From Octopus sinensis (lineage: Eukaryota): a DNA stretch of 64,000 bases. Location: positions 21,824,001-21,888,000 of the forward strand of contig NC_043009.1 of NCBI RefSeq assembly GCF_006345805.1. The letters are read 5' to 3'. Under the pieces are notes generated by a model. It did no database searches. It saw only the letters and a list, made by a program, of their open reading frames with translations, and was not told where the DNA came from. Position numbers and translations under genes: made by a program. Shown here one piece after another: positions 39,701-51,016 of the stretch. Every line of letters starts with the position of its first letter. Positions within the stretch are counted from its first letter, which is position 1.

Positions 39701-40010
39701 CAATGGTTCTCAACCATTTTTTACCTATGGACCCCTTTGATTACTCTTTTATTCTGGTGGACCCCCATAGCCATTCAATGTTTAAAAACTAGTTTTATAG
39801 AAACCTCTTGTAAAATTCCTATTTTGTTTTACATACATTAACTATGTAAATTGTTAGAGAATGAAACCGAGCTGTTCTTGCAGTACATACCAATACATCT
39901 AAAGCAAAACTTTTTTAGAGGCCTTTAAAATACTATTGCGGGTCCCGAATTTACTATTTCATTGTGTAGATCCCTAAAAATCTTATATGGACCCCAGGTG
40001 AGAACCACTG
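39701..40010. mobile_element. hAT/Charlie-type MITE
   Basis: TIR CA(A/G)TGGTTCTCA(A)CC at both ends. Flanking 8-mers gtctagag and ggctagac fit the Charlie NTCTAGAN target preference. A second copy lies at 36757-36997 (flanks atctacag, atctaggt). Confidence 0.8.
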
Positions 40011-40059
40011 GGCTAGACAAAGGCTTAAAGCAAAACAAAAATACTGTCAGCAAACTTAC

Positions 40060-40150
40060 CTTTTTATAAGCAGGTATTTCAGCAACGAAGTTGATAAATT
40101 TTTCATCCAAATAAGGAAAACGTGCTTCTCTGCCATGGTCTGATATAACA
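40060..40150 (-). CDS. ASNSD1: ASNSD1 exon
   Basis: 91 bp. VISDHGREARFPYLDEKFINFVAEIPAYKK, with the conserved DHGxEARFPxLD. Donor GTAAGT. Confidence 0.96.
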
Positions 40151-40364
40151 CTGTAAAGTTAATGATGACTGCTACAATAATACATATATAAAACACACAC
40201 ACATATTTTTCTTTTATTAAAGCTTGATCACAGGGACATGAAACTCTGAGTCACAGTTTTTTGTGATGTTTTTGCAGCTTTAATAATATTACTCTACCTT
40301 CGGTATTCGAGTACTATTTTTCCCACCTTGTTTTGCATTTATGTACTTACTCGTGTATCATCAG

Positions 40365-40898
40365 TATCAACATCATCCTCATTTAACGTCTGCTTTCTAT
40401 GCTAGCATGGGTTGGGTGATTTGACTGAGGACTGGTGAACCAAATGGCTGCACCAGGCTCCAATCTGATCGGGCAGAGTTTCTACAGCGGGATGCCCTTC
40501 CTAACACCAACCACTCTGAGAGTGTAGTGGGTGCTTTTACGTGCCACCAGCACGAGGGCCAGTCAGGCAGTACTGGCAACGGCCACACTCAAATGGTGTT
40601 TTTTACGTGCCACCTACACAGGAGCCAATCCAATGGCACTGGCAACGACCTCCTCGAATGTTTTTTTCATGTGCCAGTAAGGCGATGCTAGTAACGATCA
40701 CACTCAAATGGTGCTTTTTACGTGCCACCGGCACAGAAGCCAGTCAGTTGCTCTGGGAACAATCACGCTCGGATGGTGCTCTTAGTGCTCCAATAGCATG
40801 GATGCCAGTCATCAAATTTAATTTCGATTTCACTTGCTTCACCAGGTCTTCGCAAGCAGAGTTTAGCGTCCAATGAAGAAAAGGTACGCAGAAGTGGG
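40365..40898 (-). mobile_element. RTE-like LINE 3' UTR copy, head-to-head with the RT-bearing copy
   Basis: catcat tail at the left, tttaacgtctgctttctatgctagcatgggttgg, repeated gtgctttttacgtgccacc units. Confidence 0.85.
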
Positions 40899-42476
40899 TT
40901 AGGCAATAACAGAGGAATTCAAAACAGGATGCCCCTGAGAGCTCCGCTATGCTGATGACCTGGTTCTCATAGTAGAATCACTACTGGAACTAGGAAAGAA
41001 ATTTCGGATGTGGAAGCAAGGGTTAGAATCAAAGGGCCTTAGAGTAAATGTAGCAAAGACCAAAGTTATAGTAAGCAGAAAGGCGAACTCAGCACACACA
41101 CCCTCGGGCAGGTGGCCCTGCTCGATCTGTAGGAAAGGTGTAGGTAGAAACTCCATAAGATACACCCAATGTAAGCTATGGACGCATAAGAGGTACAGCA
41201 ACATCAAAGGGAAATTAACTGATAAGATAGCTTTCATGTGCGGCAGATGCACAGGGACAATAGACACCACAGATACTCAGAAAACAGATTCCATCACACT
41301 CCAGGGGTAGAAACTAGAAGTAGTTGATAGTTTCCGCTACCTGGGTGACCAAGTTAGTAGTGGAGGTGGATGCTCAGAGAGTGTCACCATTAGAATACGA
41401 ATAGCCTGGGCAAAGTTCAGAAAGCTCCTACCCCTACTGGCGACAAAGGGTATCTCGCTCAAAGTGAAAGGTAGATTGTATGACGCATGTGTGCGAACTG
41501 CCATGCTTCACGGTAGTGAAACATGGGCTGTGACTGCAGAGGACATGCGTAGACTTGAAAGGAATGAAGCTAGCATGATCCGCTGGATGTGTAATGTTAG
41601 TGTGCACGCACGACAGAGTGTAAGCACCCTGAGAGAAATGCTGGACATAAGAAGCATCAGATGTGGTGTGCAAGAACGACGCTTGTGATGGTATGGTCAT
41701 GTACTGCGGATGGATGAGGAGAGATGTGTGAAGAAGTGCCACTCCCAAACAGTTGAAGGTATCAGGGGGAGAGGTAGACCCAGGAAGACATGGGATGAGG
41801 TAGTCAAGCATGACTTTAGAGCGTTGGGCCTCACTGAGGCAATGGCGAAGGACCAAGATCTCTGGAAATATGCTGTGACTGCAAAGACCCGGGCTGCTTC
41901 CTGCACCAGTTCCGCATAGCCCCTGCTCATTCAAAGTACCTTGGATTCCAGAACATCCCGCTGTACTTGAGGAGACCTGTTGAGTCAAGTACATGAACAT
42001 CGAAATAAATATCAATGGAAATAGTAGTTGTGATACCTGTGCTGGTGGCACATAAATAGCACCATCCAAACGTGGCTGATGTCAGTGCTGCCTTGACTGG
42101 CTTCTGTGACGGTGGCACATAAAAAGCACCATCCGAACGTGGCTGATGCCAGCGCTGCCTCGACTGGCTCCAGTGCCGGTGACACATAAAAAGCACCATC
42201 TGAACGTGGCCGATGCCAGCGCTGGCTTCCATGCCGGTGGCACGTTAAAACACCAACCGATTGTGGCCGATGCCGGACCCCCCTGGCACCTGTGCAGGTG
42301 GCACGTAAAAAGCACCAACTACACTCGCGGAGTGGTTGGTGTTAGGAAGGGCATCCAGCAGTAGAAACTCTGCCAGATCAGATTGGAGCCTTGTGCAGCC
42401 ACTGGCTTCCCAGACCCTGGTGGAACCGTCCAACCCGTGCTAGCACAGAAAACGGACATTAAACGATGATGATGAT
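40899..42476 (+). mobile_element. 5'-truncated RTE-like LINE: RT C-terminal half, Cys-rich insert, 3' UTR with tandem units and (GAT)n tail
   Basis: ITEEFKTGCP*ELRYADDLVL...LESKGLRVNVAKTKV, then CSICRKGVGRNSIRxTQCKLWTHKR, KGRLYDACVRTAMLHGSETW and GRGRPRKTW. In-frame stops at 41308-41310 and 41686-41688. Ends ttaaacgatgatgatgat. Confidence 0.9.
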
Positions 42477-42478
42477 AT

Positions 42479-43245
42479 TGTTATGAATGGTTAAATTTAA
42501 GGACAGTTGGTTGCGACCTACTTTTGGAATAAATCCATTGTCCTGTCAGATTCAGGTGGACTGATTAGCTCTGGGGAGACCTGCGACCCTTACAGGTGAA
42601 AGAAAGTTCGTTGAAATACACCCCTTAAAAAGGAGGAACTGTGAGCTGTAAACAGTCGGCCGGCAGCTCTACACAGTTGGGGACAGAGCGAGTTAGTGAC
42701 AGGTAGTTTCTGCGATGACAGAGAGTATTACAGAGCTAAGAGAGAGGGACTACGGTATGAGGGCACTTGGCTGTTGTTGATGGTATGTGTTTAATTATGT
42801 TTTGATATGTGAAAAAAAGAAGGAAAAAGAATGTGTTGGAAAAAAAAGAGAATGAAGGAGAGGAAAAAGAAAGAACTGTTAGAGAAAGAAGGAGAAAGAC
42901 TCTAATGTATTGAACTGTATCGTTAATGTGAACGTTATTTGTTTTAATTGGATTTGAACTATTGTCTCTGAACTGTATATTGCATCTGCATGCTGTTGAT
43001 TCTGTTGCTTGTATTTACTTTGATGTACCTGATGTATCACATTGTATTTGTTGTAATATTTGTATAAACTGTTGTTAAATGTAGCCAATTGCCTTCCGCC
43101 GTCTCTCCTTGTGTCTGTATCTCTTGCTGTTGTTGTTGTTGTCATATCTCCGGTCGTCGGTTGTCGTGCTCGCCGCTGCCATCCCCACCGAGTCCTCTCT
43201 GTGTGGCGAATTCTCCGTTCAACTGAGCGAGAGTGGTCCGTAACA
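42479..43245. mobile_element. Solo LTR (Gypsy-like, 4-bp TSD)
   Basis: TGTTA...TAACA termini flanked by the exact ATAT duplication (42475-42478, 43246-43249). CpG-rich, SINE-free interior. Confidence 0.8.
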
Positions 43246-43574
43246 ATATATATACACAATCACACATACATGCATACACACATATACATTTATATATACA
43301 TTTACAGATGTACACACACATATATAAATACATATATGGGCGCTTCTAAACAGTCATTCAATCTGTTAGAAATAGCAACCAAATTTCCCTAAGATTTTCC
43401 ATCATGAAAAACCTTTAGTTACATTTTGTTTCAAATACCTGGTCAATAACATAGTTATTTTACTAAATCCTTCCAACTTCTTGAATATTGTCTATATTAT
43501 TTGAACCACATAGAGATTTCCAACAGAAATATGGCTATGAAAGGGCTAAAGCATCAAGGAAAATGGTAACTTAC

Positions 43575-43658
43575 CGATCATCACGCCCAAGGTTCCGTGC
43601 AGATATACGATTTACTTCAGTTTGCAATTCTTGTATAAGACCCTGCCAGCCATCTTTA
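43575..43658 (-). CDS. ASNSD1: ASNSD1 exon
   Basis: 84 bp. KDGWQGLIQELQTEVNRISARNLGRDD(R), with the conserved RNLGRDDR. Donor GTAAGT. Confidence 0.96.
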
Positions 43659-43954
43659 CTGAACAAAGAACAAATTTTATAATCAGAAGATTAATTAAGT
43701 AATTAATAAGAATGTAACTTTGGAACAAAAATCAAAGTTAGAAAATTACTATTTTTAAATCTCATAATGAGAAATATTCAGAAACAGTACTTTGGAGTAA
43801 AGATTGTCCTAAACCAGGACTGCTAAAGTACTGTTGTGGAATATCTCTCATTGTGAGATTTAAAAATAGTAATTTTCTAATTTATAGATCAGTGACAAGT
43901 CACTTTGAAAACTATATATTTTGAACGGGAATTTGGCAGCACCACCTCTGGCCA

Positions 43955-44015
43955 AACAATTATTCTGTGCTGATGAAGGGAAATAACACGGAAATATCAG
44001 TACACAGATATTGTT
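43955..44015 (+). ncRNA. Degenerate minimal type I hammerhead ribozyme motif
   Basis: aacaat-tat-tctgtg-CTGATGA-agggaaataacacg-GAAA-tatcag-TA-cacaga-t-attgtt. Perfect core and a 6+6 bp stem I. Stems II and III are weak. Confidence 0.55.
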
Positions 44016-45114
44016 TTGAGCTGAGTGGGGGTGCAAGATTCCCTTGTTCGAAAATATAAGGACACAGATCATGTAATATAGCCAGCTGGAGACAATGTCT
44101 TCTGGGGCTAAATTACAGCAACATTTGTCCTAAACCAGGACTGCCATGTTATGTTGGCAAACAATCTTTACTCCAAAAATTAAAGTAGTAAGCAGTTGAT
44201 ATATGATTAAATAACAAAAAATAAATGGTCCATTGTTATTTCAAAATAATTCATTGGAGAGATGAAGGATACAGGCGTAGTTACAAGGTTAAAAAGTTTG
44301 CTTCCCAACTATGGAGTTTCAGGTTCAGTCCCACTGTGTGGCACCTAGGGCAAGCATCTACTACTCTAGCCCTGGGTCTTGCGAATTTATTTGGGAGAAA
44401 GAAGCCTGAAAGTTGCCCGTCATATATGTGTATGTATATCTATCTAGCTATCTATCTCCACACACATGTATATATATGGTTCAAAATTGTACAAAAGCAC
44501 AAGATAGAGACAGGTGAGGAACCAATAAATAAGGTGTATTAATTTGGTAATCAGGAAAAATGGAAGAAACTTTGATGTTTTGAGCCTATACTCTTCTACA
44601 GAAAGTAATGAGAAAAGAAAATGGATGGAGAGCAGGAAAAAAATAAAGGAAATTGAGGAGAGAAAATAAATTAATATGTATGGATTAACAGTTTCACACA
44701 CTGAACTGACCAGAAGGAAAGAACTAGTTGATGGCAAATGAGACAACCAATAATTTATAGAGGCAAATCAATAATGAAGACAAGAAAAGACCAAGGTACA
44801 TTCACAGTGAAAATTATTAGTGTGACACTCAAAGAAAAAAGCAACAGAGTAAAAGTTAAGATTAAAAGCATGATGTTTCAAGCCTAGGCTTTTTGTTGGA
44901 TATACTGGAAAATAGCTCCAGAGAAGAGGAAAAAGAAGGATGTTGTGCATTTGTCTTCCCATGTTGTGGTATTGTTTACATACTTAAAGCATAAAACAAA
45001 ATAATATTTCAATGATTGACGATGCTTATATCTGCTGTAAAAATATGCCCAACTTTGAATTAATTGTCATATAAAAGTCTAAGGGAGTAAATACCTTCCT
45101 GGAAAACAAGTAAA

Positions 45115-45335
45115 AGTTGCAGTTCTATATTTAAGAGATGAGGAATTATGTACATTATTTACATTCGACAGATATCTGTCCAGGTGTCTTGGGGAAATTT
45201 CGAACCTGGGTTCTCATTCCTAAGGTATTTTTCGATGTTATTATTATTATTATTATTATTGTTCAGGTCACTGCTTGGAATCGAATTCGGAATCTTGGGG
45301 TTAGTAGCCCACGCTCTTAACCATTACGCCATATG
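45115..45335 (-). mobile_element. tRNA-headed SINE-like element (fourth type)
   Basis: Reverse complement gggcatatggcgtaatggttaagagcgtgggctactaaccccaagattccgaattcgattccaagc (A and B boxes), then an internal (AAT)n and a unique tail. Confidence 0.6.
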
Positions 45336-45548
45336 CCCGCGGACAATTATGGAGTGAATATTAGGGTTTATAAATCTAATATTTTTCTATCCTTCTACTT
45401 TCTACCAAGTACAGGTTGGTATCAGGAAAAGCATCTTGCCACAGAACACTGCTTCAATAGTTTCTCATCCAGACCATGGAAAAAAACTGGACAAATGTAA
45501 ATACCAACAAATGAAAACATTAAACACATAACAATTTCTGATACGAAC

Positions 45549-45616
45549 CTGAATGAGGATCTATGTCTTGAATAACCAGCAAATAACTCATCTGCTCCCA
45601 TTCCACATAAAATTAC
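45549..45616 (-). CDS. ASNSD1: ASNSD1 exon
   Basis: 68 bp. VILCGMGADELFAGYSRHRSSF(R), with the GADE motif of the asparagine synthetase family. Confidence 0.96.
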
Positions 45617-47161
45617 CTGAAGAAAGATGGAAGAGTCAATGAAAAACAAGAGGAAAGTCAGGCTTAACAAACTTCATTTTATTGAGTCACATAAACAAGG
45701 ATTATCTTCGTATTTTTTTTATTTATTCATCTATATTTACTCAGTGCAGGCATGGCTTCCCAACCATGTGGTTTTGGGTTCAGTCCCAAGTCCCACTGTG
45801 TGGCACCTTGAAAATGTATCTTCTATTGTAGCCTCCGATTAACTGAAGCCCTGTGAGTGGATTTGGTAGATAGAAACTGAAAGAAGCCCATCGTATGTGT
45901 TTTTTGTGTGGATATGTGTGTGTCCCCCTTTGTGAAAGCACACGGCTTAGTGGTTAGGGTATTTAACTCACAATTGTAAAGTGATGGGTTCGATTCTTAA
46001 CAGCACGTTGTGTCTTTCAGCAAGATACTTTATTTCACATTGCTCCAGTCCCCTCAGCTGGCAAAAATGAGTTGCACATGTCATTCAAAGGGCCAGCCTC
46101 GTCACACTTTGTATCACATTGTATCTCCCTATGAACTACATTAAGGGTATGTGTGTCTGTGGAGCACTCAGCCACTTGCACATTAATTTCATGAGCAGGC
46201 TGTTCTGTTGGTCAGATTAACTGGAAGACTCATCATAGCTGATAGAATGCCAGTTTCTTATTTTTTTACTGCCCACAATGGGGCTACACACAGAGGGGAC
46301 AGACAAACAGATTAAGTCGATTATATCGACCCCAGTGCACAACTGGTACTTATTTAATCGACCCCGAAAGGATGAAAGGCAAAGTCGACCTCAGCGGAGT
46401 TTGAACTCAGAACGTGACGGCAGACGAAATACCTATTTCTTTACTACCCACAAGGGGCTAAACACAGAGGGGACAAACAAGGACAGACAAACGGATTAAG
46501 TCGATTACATCAACCCCAGTGTGTAACTGGCAAAGCCGACCTCAGCAGAATTTGAACTCAGAACGTAACATCGGACAAAATACCGTGAAGCATTTAGCCC
46601 GACGTGCTAACGATTCTGCCAGCTCACCGATAGAATGCCAGTTTCTGTCTCCTTGTCTGACTTCATGTGATGGTTGTATATGAGTATCACTGTCATACAA
46701 GCAGTGTCTTTCATTTCAAGTTTTTCCTTGAAAATATGTTAGACTATGGAGAAATATTACCTTACTTGAAAACACGTGAGGGTTGGTGATAGGAATGGCA
46801 TCCAGCCATAGAAAATCTGTCTCAGTGAATTCCATGTGACCCACGCAAGCATAGAAAAGTAGATGTTAAACCAGTGACGATGATGATAACAACAGCAATG
46901 CCCCTGATGGAATAAATGAAGGGAAGAGTGTGTGCATGCATTTTTGTGTTTGTTCATTAATTCAGGGTCACAAAATATTTCTGTATTGAATGAAAATACC
47001 TCATGGTATACCTATCTGTGTTGACTGCCTCTCTTTGGCATGAGTGGTGTGGCTTTTGTCCTTCACTGACAGAGGTCATTGAGAAAATAAGTACATCATC
47101 ATCATCATTTAACATCCGTTTTCCATGCTAGCATGGGTTGGATGGGAAAATATATTATTTG

Positions 47162-47234
47162 CGACCACAATGAGACTCGAACTCGCAATCTTCTGATTTG
47201 AAGTCAGACACCTTATCCATTAGGCCATGCGGCC
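47162..47234 (-). tRNA. tRNA-Arg(TCG)-like gene carrying a TCA anticodon, probably a pseudogene or retrocopy
   Basis: Reverse complement GGCCGCA TG GCCT AATGGATA AGGT G TCTGA CTTCAAA TCAGA AGATT GCGAG TTCGAGT CTCAT TGTGGTC G gives a 73-nt cloverleaf with intact A and B boxes. It closely resembles animal tRNA-Arg-TCG (GGCCGCGTGGCCTAATGGATAAGGCGTCTGACTTCGGATCAGAAG...). There is one C-A mismatch in the T stem and a TTTT run 11 nt downstream. Confidence 0.85.
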
Positions 47235-47344
47235 ATACCAGGGATTAAAAACTGTTTGTAGACAATGCCTCAGCATGGCTACATTCCAATGATTGAAACT
47301 AATGAAAAAATAAATAAATAAAAGAATAATGTTCAACAAATTAC

Positions 47345-47489
47345 CTTAGCTCGACTGTAAAACAGCTTTCCTTTATTGGGGCCATTTCCCAGAATTCCAA
47401 GGCCTCGACTTGCAAACCATATGGCACATCCAATGCTGTCATCTAATACAGAGCACAATGGATAGAGCAAATGGGACACACGTTTCTGC
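47345..47489 (-). CDS. ASNSD1: ASNSD1 exon
   Basis: 145 bp. QKRVSHLLYPLCSVLDDSIGCAIWFASRGLGILGNGPNKGKLFYSRAK, with the conserved VLDDSIGCAxWFASRG. Confidence 0.96.
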
Positions 47490-48498
47490 CTGAAAATAAT
47501 ATTTCATACACATGAAGAAGATTTATAAACTTTGTAAAGTGGTTGGCATTAGGAAGGGAACCCAGCTGTAAAATCCATGCCAAAACAGACAGTGGAGCTT
47601 CGTGCAGTCCTCTGGTTTGCCAGCTCCTATCAAACCATCCAACCCATGCTAGCATGGAAGATGAACATTAATGATGATGATGATGATGATGATGTGTGAA
47701 GTAAAAAAGCTATGGATCGAGTTGTTGACACTAACCCGTCTGAGACTGTCTCTGGTCTTTTGGACATAGAATTTACCTGTTCTAAAGTGTGCATTGCTTT
47801 GTGGATGGATTTTGTAGATATCTAATTCAAAGCTTTTCATAACTTTATGTAAGAACCTGTTGCTAAGTTATATTCTAAACAGCAGTTTCACAAAGAAATA
47901 AAAGTAAAAATGAATTTCTAAAAATACTCCAAATTTTTTATTAATTTTCAAATTGAAGCAAATTCAAAGTCTTACAGAGCCAGTCATCACCTGAAATAAA
48001 TATGACTTGGTGACATGTACCATGCTTTCACTAATTGTTTTAGGTGCCTGTGCAGTCACAAGCAGACATAGAGAGTCTCTTGACTCTCCCATCCTTTTTG
48101 ACCCAGCTGCACATTGAAGGTGTGACAGCTGGTGGGAAAGAAAAGTTGTACCAGCACTCAGCTGGTACTCAGTTCAACTGAGTAGATTGGAGCAATGTGA
48201 AATGAAGTGTCTTGCTCAAGAACACAATGCCACAATTCAATCTAGAAATTGAACTCACAACAGTGTGCATGTATATTTTCAAGCATGTAGGAATGTATAT
48301 ATGTATGTGTTCATTCATTCCTTAAACATCCATTTTTCCATGCTAACATGGGTTTGAATGTTAAGTTATTTGAAGCAGGATTTTACAGCCAAAATCTCTT
48401 CCTGTCATCATGTATGACATACATACATGATGACAGGAAGAGATTGTGTACATGTATGTATGTATGTATGTATGTATGTGTGTGTGTGTGTGTATGTG

Positions 48499-48557
<59 letters not shown>

Positions 48558-49829
48558 GAGCAAAACGCCCCCCTGTTCAATGGATGGTGCTGAGTTGTCA
48601 AACATTTAAACCAAATTTTCTCAAAACAACTTGTCAGACCGTCCCTTTGAGAAACACTGATTTAACCTAAATTTGAGACACCATGCATTTTTCTCGCGTA
48701 CGCGTAGTATCGATTGCAACAGCTGATGTACTTGTGTGTACAAATGCATGTTCCCACGGCTTTATCGATCGCATTCTCACCTGAAATCGATTTTTGTAAT
48801 TTTTTTAAAGACTTATACATGCCCTGATACCGTCGGTATCTACATATCAAATTTGAGCACAATCGGATGGAGGATGCCTGAGATCCTAGAAGACACACAC
48901 AGACAGAATGGATTTTATATAACAGATATACAATACTGCTGGTATAAAAAAAAAGCATCTAGTATAAGCTGTAAAGTGGTTGATGTTAGGAAGGGCATCC
49001 AGCCATAGAAAGCATGCCAAAGCTGACGCTAGAACACAATGCAGTCTCCAAATCCATTGGATCCTGTCATACCATCCAAGCCTGCCAACATGGAACATTA
49101 ATATTAAATGACGATGATGATGATGATTACATATGTATGTATATATATATATCATCACCATCATCTAATGATCATTTCCCATGCTGGTATGGGTTGGACA
49201 GTTTGATAGGAGGTGGCAAGACCAGAGAGCTAGGCCATGCTCCTCTGTCTGTTTTGGCATGGTATCTATTGCTGGTTGCGTTTCCCATGAGTACATTTTT
49301 ACATGGTACCAGCACTGACAGGATCACCAAGTAACTTGAAAGACAAAAAATAAAATAAAAATTATGTAACACTGGATTAAGATATCATCGTCATGGCACT
49401 CTGTCGGTTATGACAACAAGGGTTCCAGTTGATCCAATCAACGGAATAGCCTGCTTGTGAAGTTAACATATAAGTGGCTGAGCACTCCACAGACATGTGT
49501 ACCCTTAATATAGTTCTCAGGGAGATTCAGCATTACACAGAGTGTGACAAGGCTGACCCTTTGAAATACAAGTAGAATAGAAACAGGAAGAAAGAGTGAG
49601 AGAAAGTTGTGGTGAAAGAGTACAGCAGGGATCACCACCATCCCCTGCCGGAGCCTCGTGGAGCTTTAGGTGTTTTCGCTCAATAAACACTCACAACGCC
49701 CGGTCTGGGAATCGAAACCATGATGCCACGACTGAGTCCACTGCCCTAACTACTGGGCCATTGAACCTCCATGGATTAAGATAGATATATATAACATGAA
49801 GTAGAGATAAAAAGAAGTCAGTGTCATAC

Positions 49830-49864
49830 CTGATTTCTTGCAGCTCGTCTTTGGTTACATTAAT
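49830..49864 (-). CDS. ASNSD1: ASNSD1 35-bp small exon
   Basis: INVTKDELQEI(R), matching human INVSMEELQKLR. Acceptor ggtag, donor GTATGA. Needed to keep phase. Confidence 0.9.
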
Positions 49865-50898
49865 CTACCAAAAAATTAAAAAAATATGTTTAATTGTTGT
49901 GATTCTTAACTTCATCTTTAAAGGTGAAAGATTTTTTCTACTGATTAAAAGAGATTATAAATATAACAATCATGATCTAGTGAGTTCAATTCCTGGACTG
50001 GGCTGTATGTTGTGTTCTTGAGCAAGACACTTTGTGTTTCACGTTGCTCCAGTTCACTCAGCTGTAGAAACGAGTTGCAGCGTCAATGGTGCTGAGGTGT
50101 ATTGGCCCCCTTGCCTTTCCCTTGGATAACATTGATGGTGTGGAAAGAGGGGAGGCTGCTTGCTCGGACTTGTGCCTTGGAGGGGAACTTTCTAGGTGTA
50201 ATCCCATTCCTGACCAAAATGGGGTCATCTTCTAAATGTAAATGTGGAGAAAACTACTTTGTAGGAGTGGCTGTGTGGTAAGTAGCTTGCTTACCAACCA
50301 TATGGTTCCGGGTTCAGTCCCACTGCAAGGCACCATAGCAAGTGTCTTCCACTATAGCCTTGTGAGTGGATTTGGTAGATGGAAACTGAAAGTAGCCCAT
50401 CGTATATATATATATATGAGTGTGTGTGTGTTTATATGTTTGTGTGTCTGTGTTTGTCCCCCCATCATCGCTTGACAACCAATGCTGGTGTGTTTACGTC
50501 CCCGTAACTTAGTGTTTTGGCAAAAGAGACTGATAGAATAAGTACTAGGCTTACAAAGTCCTGGTGTCGATTTGCTCGACTAAAGGTGGTGCTCCAGCAT
50601 GGCCACAGTCAAATGACTGAAACAAGTAAAAGAGTAAAAGAGTGTAAAGAGAGTATGAAATTAAGGTTAATGGTTGGGAGAAATATGTTCTTATTAACAG
50701 CAACACTTAATGAAGAGAATTGGAGGGATCTCCATCTATTGACAAAGATGATTCAGTTATTCAATCAACCATATTACCTGCTCACTGGATTAACATGTAA
50801 GCATGGCTGAGCATTCACAGAGCAGGAGAGAGAGGGGGGAAGAGAGATTGAGATACATAAAGACAAAGTGAAAACAGGGAGCATTTCTAGTAACTTAC

Positions 50899-51016
50899 CT
50901 CAATAAAGTTCCATTTTCTACGAGGGTTAAGTTCTTCAAGGGCAGTGTAACCAGTCAATCGATCAGGGACTAAGAAAGGGTTTTTATCAGCAGATGTTGT
51001 ATGATCATCTCCTAAT
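50899..51016 (-). CDS. ASNSD1: ASNSD1 exon
   Basis: 118 bp. [39 protein letters not shown], with the conserved VPDRxTG and WNFxE. Donor GTAAGT. Confidence 0.94.

Noticed and set aside
47776-47820. AG...GT-bounded segment that could be an extra ASNSD1 exon
   Set aside because: In the required phase it contains an in-frame TAG, and the flanking exons already join correctly.
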